NCBI GenBank assembly: GCA_024171525.1 | Contig: JALJZY010000012.1 | Origin: Neisseriaceae bacterium HSC-16F19 | GTDB taxonomy: Bacteria > Pseudomonadota > Gammaproteobacteria > Burkholderiales > Neisseriaceae | DNA: 32,000 bases | Strand: one strand, 5' to 3' | Part shown: positions 26,272 to 32,000 of the stretch, one piece after another | How positions within the stretch are numbered: position 1 is the first letter of the stretch | Layout: each line of letters starts with the position of its first letter | Made by a program: the position numbers and the translations under genes | The notes under the pieces: model-generated | What the model saw: the letters and a program-made list of their open reading frames with translations, nothing else | What the model was told of the DNA's origin: nothing | The model's database searches: none

Positions 26272-26457
26272 ATGTACAACTACCAATCCGATACCACCCA
26301 GTTTTTAAACCAATATCTGGAAGAGCATCCCGAGGTGGCCGCGGGCCGTTTGGAAAACCGCAATCTGCTGTGGGATGTGGAACTCTCCGCCGAGGAGCAG
26401 CAGGATTTTGAGGCGGCCAAGGTGGCCAAGCAGGCTTATACCTATTACGCCTGGTGA
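26272..26457 (+). CDS. small conserved hypothetical protein (about 61 aa, resembles DUF3460-type betaproteobacterial proteins)
   Basis: MYNYQSDTTQFLNQYLEEHPEVAAGRLENRNLLWDVELSAEEQQDFEAAKVAKQAYTYYAW. TATAAT at 26228-26233 lies upstream. The stop overlaps the GTG start of the next gene (GTGA). Confidence 0.5.
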   Translation: MYNYQSDTTQFLNQYLEEHPEVAAGRLENRNLLWDVELSAEEQQDFEAAKVAKQAYTYYAW

Positions 26458-27137
26458 GCCGTCACAGCTGGGGCTTGGCGCCGGAGCTGCAAGACTATCT
26501 GCGCCACATCAACGGTGAGGAAGCCGCGGTTTTGGCCGCACTGCGCGCCGAAACCGAACGCCACCGCCATGCCAAAATGCCGATTGCGCCGGAGCAGGCG
26601 CAAACCCTTGTCTGGCTGGCGGATCTGATCGGCGCCGAGCATTATCTGGAAATCGGCGTGTTTACCGGTTACAGCAGCACCGCCATGGCGCTGGCCCTGC
26701 CCGAACACGGCCGCATCACCGCCTGCGATATCAGCGTTACCTATACCGACATCGCCCGCCGTTATTGGCAGGCCGCCGGGGTGGCGCACAAAATCGATTT
26801 GGTGCTGCAACCGGCGCTCATCACCCTGGATCAGCTTTTGGCGCAAGGCTTGCGCCATCATTACGACTTGGCGCTGATCGACGCCGACAAGCCCCCCACC
26901 GCCCATTATTTCGAACGCTGTCTGCAACTGGTGCGCCCCGGCGGCCTGATTGCCATCGACAATGTTTTGCTCGGCGGCCGCGTCACCCGTGCCGCACAGG
27001 CACAGGATGCCCCCAGCGTGGCGCTGATGCAGGCGTTTAATGCCGCACTGGCTGCCGACACCCGCGTGCGCGCGCTCACACTGCCGGTGGGCGACGGGCT
27101 GACCATCGTTCAAAAACGCCGTACGGAGGCCGTATGA
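26454..27137 (+). CDS. class I SAM-dependent O-methyltransferase (family 3, caffeoyl-CoA OMT/YrrM-like)
   Basis: 227 aa. YLEIGVFTGYSSTAMALALPEHGRITACD, DLALIDADK and GGLIAIDNVL motifs. Confidence 0.8.
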   Translation: MSRHSWGLAPELQDYLRHINGEEAAVLAALRAETERHRHAKMPIAPEQAQTLVWLADLIGAEHYLEIGVFTGYSSTAMALALPEHGRITACDISVTYTDIARRYWQAAGVAHKIDLVLQPALITLDQLLAQGLRHHYDLALIDADKPPTAHYFERCLQLVRPGGLIAIDNVLLGGRVTRAAQAQDAPSVALMQAFNAALAADTRVRALTLPVGDGLTIVQKRRTEAV

Positions 27138-27841
27138 TTTTTGCTATCCGACACTGGGCCGTTGTCGCGGCCGCCGCCACCCTGAGCGCTTGTGCCGTGG
27201 TGGTGCCGCCGCAGGAAAGTCACGCCTTGGCTGACCATACCGACACCCCCGCTGCCGTATCCGTGCCGCCCGAAGCGCAAGCTGCGCCGAAGACTGAGGC
27301 CGGTGTGGCCGAATTGCGCAACCAGGTGCAGATCTTGCAGCAACAGGTGGCCGAATTGCAGCAGCAGACTGCCGAGCTGCAACGCCAACACACGGCGCTC
27401 AGCCAGATTGTGTCGCTCAACCCGCCCCGCAGCAGCCGCAGCGGCGACAACACGGCCGCGGCGGGTGAGGGCGGCAGCAGCCGTTTGCAGCAGGCGCGCC
27501 AGCAATACGCCGCCGGCCTGTACAGCCAGGCCGTGCGCACCTTGGCGGGCAGCGACGGCGGCGGTGACGGCAGTGCCGACGCGCAAAACAGCATGTATTT
27601 GCTTATGCAAAGCCATTGGCGGCTGAACAATTGCGAGTCGGTGATCAATGTCGGCAACCGCTTTGCCAACCGCTTTGCGCGCAATCCGCAGGCTGCCGAG
27701 GCGCTGTGGCTGGTGTCGCAATGCCAATGGCGCATGCAGCAGCAGGACATCGCCCGCGATACCTGGCGCAAAATCATCCGCACCTATCCCGACAGCGGCG
27801 CCGCCAAACGCGCGCAACAGCGTTTGGGTAACGGGCGTTGA
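27134..27841 (+). CDS. lipoprotein with coiled-coil and TPR-like C-terminal region (YbgF/CpoB-like architecture)
   Basis: AAAATLSAC lipobox. Q/L-rich heptads VAELRNQVQILQQQVAELQQQTAELQRQ. C-terminal helical-repeat region. The ATGA overlap with the upstream OMT gene suggests an operon. Confidence 0.6.
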   Translation: MIFAIRHWAVVAAAATLSACAVVVPPQESHALADHTDTPAAVSVPPEAQAAPKTEAGVAELRNQVQILQQQVAELQQQTAELQRQHTALSQIVSLNPPRSSRSGDNTAAAGEGGSSRLQQARQQYAAGLYSQAVRTLAGSDGGGDGSADAQNSMYLLMQSHWRLNNCESVINVGNRFANRFARNPQAAEALWLVSQCQWRMQQQDIARDTWRKIIRTYPDSGAAKRAQQRLGNGR

Positions 27842-27886
27842 GGTTTTCAGGCAGCCTGAAAACGGTGGAAAACAGGCAAACAAGTT

Positions 27887-27965
27887 GTAGGGTGGGCATT
27901 CATGCCCACCATGTTCAGCTGCTAATGATTAAAAAATGATTGGTGGGCATGAATGCCCACCCTAC
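27887..27965. repeat. REPIN: two inverted GTAGGGTGGGCATTCATGCCCACC hairpins
   Basis: 27887-27910 and 27942-27965 are near-perfect reverse complements separated by a 31-nt AT-rich spacer. Confidence 0.65.
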
Positions 27966-28067
27966 AATATGATCCCCTGCCGCTTTGGCAGTGATACAGA
28001 ACACAAACACCCGACAAAGGCCGCCGCCGTGCCGCCTTTGTTTTTCATTTTCAAAAAGGAAACAAAT

Positions 28068-28571
28068 ATGGTTCAAATCGGCATCATTATGGGCAGTAAC
28101 AGCGATTGGCCGGTGATGGAAGCGGCCGCGCGCATTCTGGCCGAATTTGGTGTGGAATACGAAGCACGCGTGGTATCCGCCCACCGCACCCCCGATTTGA
28201 TGTTCGAATACGCAGAGCGCGCCCGCGAACGCGGTATTCGGGCGATTATTGCCGGTGCCGGCGGTGCCGCCCATCTGCCGGGCATGGTGGCCGCCAAAAC
28301 CACCGTGCCGGTGCTGGGCGTGCCGGTGCCGAGCAAATATTTGCGCGGCGAAGATTCGCTGTTGTCCATTGTGCAAATGCCCAAAGGGGTGCCGGTGGCC
28401 ACCTTTGCCATCGGTGAGGCCGGTGCCGCCAATGCCGCCCTGTTTGCCCTCTCCATGCTTGCCAACCACGATGCCGCCCTGGCGCAAAAACTGGCCGATT
28501 TCCGCCAGCGCCAAGAGGCCACGGTGTTGGCGATGGAATTGCCGCCCGTAGAATATAGCCATTCCAAATAG
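28068..28571 (+). CDS. purE: 5-(carboxyamino)imidazole ribonucleotide mutase
   Basis: 167 aa from [24 protein letters not shown] and [13 protein letters not shown] motifs. The last 5 codons and the stop lie inside the short Correia-like element. Confidence 0.93.
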   Translation: MVQIGIIMGSNSDWPVMEAAARILAEFGVEYEARVVSAHRTPDLMFEYAERARERGIRAIIAGAGGAAHLPGMVAAKTTVPVLGVPVPSKYLRGEDSLLSIVQMPKGVPVATFAIGEAGAANAALFALSMLANHDAALAQKLADFRQRQEATVLAMELPPVEYSHSK

Positions 28572-28659
28572 AAATGATACGGCGTTGCTGCGCCTTGCCG
28601 TACTATCTGTACTGTCTGCGGCTTGCTGCCTTGTCTCATTTCTATTTGGTTCGGCTATA
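28554..28659. mobile_element. Correia-like MITE, short (centrally deleted) form, about 106 bp
   Basis: TATAGCCATTCCAAATAGAAATGATACGGCGTTGCTGCGCC|TTGCCGTACTATCTGTACTGTCTGCGGCTTGCTGCCTTGTCTCATTTCTATTTGGTTCGGCTATA. Both arms are retained, and the central segment of about 50-55 bp present in the long copies is missing. Confidence 0.65.
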
Positions 28660-28674
28660 AAAACAGCGGTTTGT

Positions 28675-28772
28675 GTAGGGGCGGATTTTACATCCGCCCT
28701 TATCCGTACCACTTCATGTCTGGAAAATCGAATTCGGCCATTTTTACGGGCGGATGTAAAATCCGCCCCTAC
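28675..28772. repeat. REPIN: inverted pair of GTAGGGGCGGATTTTACATCCGCCC hairpins
   Basis: 28675-28699 and 28748-28772 are reverse complements of each other. Confidence 0.6.
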
Positions 28773-28811
28773 ACATGTCGATACGGTTTCAATACCATCT
28801 TAAAAAAAACC

Positions 28812-28838
28812 TTCAGGCAGCCTTTAAGGCTGCCTGAA
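28812..28838. repeat. back-to-back inverted exact DUS pair
   Basis: TTCAGGCAGCCT-TTA-AGGCTGCCTGAA. Confidence 0.8.
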
Positions 28839-28863
28839 AAACGTATTCACTCCGAAAGACAAT

Positions 28864-29811
28864 ATGAACACATCCACCGACACCCTCCTGCAACAAGCAC
28901 AACAGGCCGTCAGCCAGGCAGAACATATTTTGGACGAAAGTTTTTGGGACACTGAAGCGGCCATGGAGCATTACCAGTCGGCGCTGTCCCTGCTGGAAGA
29001 GGTATTGCAGGCCGAGCCGCAGCATGACGGGGCTCTGGCATTGCGTTTGGATATCCTGATGAGTATGGGGCATCACTATGGCGAAGCCGGTGACGGCCAC
29101 CGCCGCGATGTGGAGATGATTTCCGACAGCGTTACCGCCCTGTGGCAGCAGTCGCGCGATTGTTACGAACGTGCTTTGCAGCTCTATCCGGAGCGCTATG
29201 CCGACATCTGCACCGTCTATTTCAACCATTTGGGCGGCCAGGGCGACCAGTTGTTCGGCTATGGCCAGGATGAGGAGGCATTTGCCTTATTGGAAAAAAT
29301 GGTCGGCATGCTGCGCCCCGGCATTGCGTGGATGCATTGGGCCACCGACTTTTTGTACGATGCGGCCATCTTGATTGGCCGTCATGCAGACGGGCTGGCT
29401 GCCCATGATCCGCAGCAGGCTTTTAAGGAATACCATTTGGCCATTGCCGCCTTAATGGCGGTCAAGCATTCCTCGGCCATGACGGATGTGGCCATGAGCG
29501 TGTTGTCCATGTATATACGTGCCTATCAGGCAAATACCGTGCGCCATGCCGACCAATTGCAGGAGGCGATACGGGTGTTTGAGGAATTGGGGCAGCAATA
29601 TCCGGAATGCTTGGGCGAGATGTATTACAACCGCGCCTGTATCGCCGCCTTGATGCAGCAGATGGACGAGGCGGTGCATTATTTGGGCTTGTCGCATCAG
29701 GCCGGAGCCTTGCCGCCTATGGAAGAGGTGTTGGCGGATACTGATTTGGCAGCCCTGCGCGAGACGCCTGAGTATGAGGATTTTGTCGGGTATATTGCCC
29801 GTTTGGGATGA
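28864..29811 (+). CDS. hypothetical all-helical TPR-like protein
   Basis: 315 aa. The C-terminus YYNRACIAALMQQMDEAVHYL...DTDLAALRETPEYEDF resembles 'TPR end-of-group' domains. No signal peptide. Confidence 0.55.
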   Translation: MNTSTDTLLQQAQQAVSQAEHILDESFWDTEAAMEHYQSALSLLEEVLQAEPQHDGALALRLDILMSMGHHYGEAGDGHRRDVEMISDSVTALWQQSRDCYERALQLYPERYADICTVYFNHLGGQGDQLFGYGQDEEAFALLEKMVGMLRPGIAWMHWATDFLYDAAILIGRHADGLAAHDPQQAFKEYHLAIAALMAVKHSSAMTDVAMSVLSMYIRAYQANTVRHADQLQEAIRVFEELGQQYPECLGEMYYNRACIAALMQQMDEAVHYLGLSHQAGALPPMEEVLADTDLAALRETPEYEDFVGYIARLG

Positions 29812-29830
29812 TACCCATTTAAAAAAATTG

Positions 29831-29945
29831 GACAGGCTTGCTTTATAAAGCGCATTATCTTTAACAAGATCCTGCGACTGCGCGCAGGATGACTATAGCC
29901 CGTCATTCTGCGCGTAGCGTAGCGGAGTCGCAGAATCTGTTTTCA
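29831..29945. repeat. dRS3/NIME-like composite repeat, copy 2
   Basis: GATCCTGCGACTGCGCGCAGGATG and GTCATTCTGCGCGTAGCGTAGCGGAGTCGCAGAATC, collinear with 6270-6385. Confidence 0.55.
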
Positions 29946-29987
29946 GCCAGCTTAATTTATTTTTTAAATGGGTATAAGCATGTTCCC

Positions 29988-30022
29988 AAAAAACCTCAGG
30001 CAGCCCCCAAAGGCTGCCTGAA
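29988..30022 (-). terminator. uspA terminator (DUS-derived hairpin)
   Basis: TCAGGCAGCC-CCCAAA-GGCTGCCTGA stem-loop, followed on the minus strand by TTTTTT. Confidence 0.6.
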
Positions 30023-30039
30023 AACTATTCACCGTCTGT

Positions 30040-30513
30040 TCAATCCTCTTCCGGCTCTTCATCGCTGCGGATCACCAGCAGCGGCAAACGGGTTTCGCGC
30101 ATCACGGTTTCGGCGAAGCTGCCCATGAGCAAATGCATCAGGCCGCTGCGGCCGTGGGTGCCGATGACCAAGAGGTCGGCGCCTTGCACCTCGGCATAAT
30201 CCACCAGCATCTTGGCCATTTCGCGCGCGCCTTTGGTGGCCATCAGCAAATGGCTGGCAACTTTGTCTTCGCTCAAAGCGGCGCGGGCGGTGGCTACGGC
30301 GGCTTCCAGTACGGTATTGCCTTCGGCCAGCGCCGCGGCTTCATAGCTTTCATGTTGCAAAAATTCCGGTGCCAGCGCCATATACTCGGCCGGATTGGCC
30401 ACATTGACCAAGGTGAGGCGCGTGCCTTCGTGGCGGGCGAGGGCAATGGCGTGGTTGAGGGCATTGGCAGAAGTGTGGCTGCCGTCTACGGCTACAAGCA
30501 GGTGTTGGTACAT
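30040..30513 (-). CDS. universal stress protein (UspA family)
   Basis: 157 aa from MYQHLLVAVDGSHTSANAL (ATG 30513). ADLLVIGTHGRSGLMHLLMGSFAETVMRETRLPLLVI is the Usp ATP-binding motif. Confidence 0.85.
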   Translation of the reverse strand: MYQHLLVAVDGSHTSANALNHAIALARHEGTRLTLVNVANPAEYMALAPEFLQHESYEAAALAEGNTVLEAAVATARAALSEDKVASHLLMATKGAREMAKMLVDYAEVQGADLLVIGTHGRSGLMHLLMGSFAETVMRETRLPLLVIRSDEEPEED

Positions 30514-30622
30514 AACTTGCCTTTCTGTTGCGTATCGGTTGGAGTGCGGCGCTGCGCACGGCATGCAGTATAATACGCTTCGCGCCGGTTTGCGCGTTTT
30601 GTTTTTTGGGAGCCCTACCATT

Positions 30623-31399
30623 ATGACCCCGCCGTCTGCCGTATCCAGCCGCCGTTTCGGCGGCATTGCCCGTTTATACGGCGATTCTGCGCTTGAACGT
30701 TTTCAGGCAGCCCATGTGTGCGTGGTGGGTGTGGGCGGGGTCGGCTCGTGGGCGGTGGAAGCACTGGCGCGCAGTGGGATCGGCACGCTCACGCTGATTG
30801 ATTTGGACAATGTGGCCGAATCCAATGTCAACCGTCAGCTGCACGCGCTCACCGAGCAATTCGGCATGGCCAAGGTGGATGCCTTGGCGGCACGCATCGC
30901 GCAAATCAATCCGCATGCCGCCGTGCATTGCATTGAAGATTTTGTTACCGCCGACAATGTGGCCGAACTTTTGGGCGGCGGCTGCGATTTTGTGATTGAT
31001 GCCATCGATCAAGTGCGGGTGAAGGCGGCCATGGCCGATTATTGCGTGCGCCGCAAGCTGCCCTTGGTGGTCAGCGGCGGCGCCGGCGGCCAGCGCAATC
31101 CGGCGCTGATACAGGCAGCGGATTTAAGCCGCGTGACCCACGACCCGCTGCTGGCCAATCTGCGCTACACCCTGCGCCGCCGTTACGGCTTTGTCCGCGG
31201 CGGTGAAAAAATGGGCGTGCGCTGCATTTATTCCACCGAAAACGTGACCCCGCCGCAAAGCGGCGAAGCCTGTGCCGCCGATGCCGCCCCGCAGGGATTG
31301 TCGTGTGCCGGTTACGGCGCTAGCATGCTGGTGACCGCGGCCTTCGGTTTGCATTGCGCCACCGCCGCGATAGAGCATTTGGCGGCTGAGGCTGCCTGA
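30623..31399 (+). CDS. tcdA: tRNA threonylcarbamoyladenosine dehydratase (ThiF/E1-like, CsdL/YgdL)
   Basis: 258 aa from MTPPSAVSSRRFGGIARLYG. VCVVGVGGVGSW Rossmann motif, LIDLDNVAESNVNRQ. The TGA stop lies inside an exact DUS. Confidence 0.85.
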   Translation: MTPPSAVSSRRFGGIARLYGDSALERFQAAHVCVVGVGGVGSWAVEALARSGIGTLTLIDLDNVAESNVNRQLHALTEQFGMAKVDALAARIAQINPHAAVHCIEDFVTADNVAELLGGGCDFVIDAIDQVRVKAAMADYCVRRKLPLVVSGGAGGQRNPALIQAADLSRVTHDPLLANLRYTLRRRYGFVRGGEKMGVRCIYSTENVTPPQSGEACAADAAPQGLSCAGYGASMLVTAAFGLHCATAAIEHLAAEAA

Positions 31400-31433
31400 A
31401 AACACTGCACGTCTGTTTACTAAGGAGCGAAAG

Positions 31434-31853
31434 ATGAGCACACCCCAAAAAACGCGCCTGCACTGGGTTTATCTGGGCGTACGCATGGCCAGCGTGTTGT
31501 GGGCTTTGCTTCTGTTGCTGATGATGGCCTTTATTGTGCTGCTGTCCGGCTTGGAAGACTGTCTGCTGGGCGGTTCCTGCGTCCATTGGCAGGACATCGG
31601 CGTGACCCGGGTTATGATCTGGCTGCATGTACTCGTGGCCGCGGTGCTGCTGGTACCGCACAGCCTGTTGCGCCGCGGCGGCCAAACCGTGCTGGTATTG
31701 TGGCTGTTTTTGAGCGCCCTGGCCTTGCTGATTGCCGGGGTCTTTATCCTTGAAGGCGACGCCGCGGCCTGGCTGCTGTGGCTGCCCAGTCCGGCGGTGG
31801 CGGTGGTTAACGGCCTGTTGTTGCGGCATTTCAGCCGCGGCCAGGCTGCCTGA
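31434..31853 (+). CDS. hypothetical integral membrane protein
   Basis: 139 aa with four hydrophobic segments. GGAG RBS at 31424-31427. The TGA stop lies inside an exact DUS. Confidence 0.5.
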   Translation: MSTPQKTRLHWVYLGVRMASVLWALLLLLMMAFIVLLSGLEDCLLGGSCVHWQDIGVTRVMIWLHVLVAAVLLVPHSLLRRGGQTVLVLWLFLSALALLIAGVFILEGDAAAWLLWLPSPAVAVVNGLLLRHFSRGQAA

Positions 31854-32000
31854 AAACACCGTTACGGAAGTTTGCCCATGTTTGCCCGCACTCTGGATTG
31901 GCCGCCCGTCGGCGTATTGCATACCCAAGGGCGGCGCCGTTATTGGGAAGCCGAATGGCTATTGGTACAACCTGATAACATCCTTTACATCACACCCTAA

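Noticed and set aside
27320-27400. CAG/CAA-rich stretch that looks like a simple-sequence repeat.
   Set aside because: It is an imperfect Q/L/E heptad-like coiled-coil coding region of the lipoprotein gene, not a perfect tandem repeat capable of slippage.
1504-31854. Regularly recurring 12-mer, which could be mistaken for a CRISPR-like or tandem repeat array.
   Set aside because: Copies are dispersed at irregular kb-scale spacing, occur on both strands and inside genes, and have no repeat-spacer periodicity. This is DUS behaviour. No CRISPR repeats or cas genes are present.
31878-32000. 40-codon ORF (MFARTLDWPPVGVLHTQGRRRYWEAEWLLVQPDNILYITP*) ending exactly at the window edge.
   Set aside because: It is too short, has no recognisable RBS or family, and cannot be evaluated at the window boundary.

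Overview
GC-rich chromosomal segment from a member of the Neisseriaceae, but not the N. meningitidis/gonorrhoeae DUS dialect. By hand count, the 12-mer AGGCTGCCTGAA or its complement TTCAGGCAGCCT occurs about 24 times exactly. This matches what I recall as the 'AG-simDUS' DNA-uptake-sequence dialect. It often occurs as inverted pairs that form terminator-like hairpins. The coding content is mostly housekeeping: prfC, a class V aminotransferase, ldcA, miaA, a sirtuin, typA, sodA, msrC-like GAF protein, ileS, dnaE, purE, uspA and tcdA. There are also several small secreted, lipoprotein or membrane hypotheticals, a bacteriohemerythrin, a SMI1/KNR4 (SUKH) immunity-type protein and a truncated DUF1778-like antitoxin. 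The unusual part is the intergenic DNA, which is saturated with at least five layers of repeat or mobile sequence. (1) Four Correia-like MITEs, three long and one short; the short one supplies the last codons and stop of purE. (2) A 415-bp MITE that I do not recognise, with perfect 18-bp terminal inverted repeats and a 5-bp target duplication, inserted into the loop of a REP hairpin, plus a second truncated copy. (3) GTAGG-headed REP/REPIN hairpins in at least five stem 'flavours'. (4) dRS3/NIME-like hairpins. (5) One IS110-family insertion sequence whose 5' non-coding arm is structured and looks like a candidate bridge RNA. I found no rRNA, tRNA or CRISPR array, and no classical multi-gene defence island. 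All coordinates of non-coding features were read by eye and may be off by 1-3 nt.
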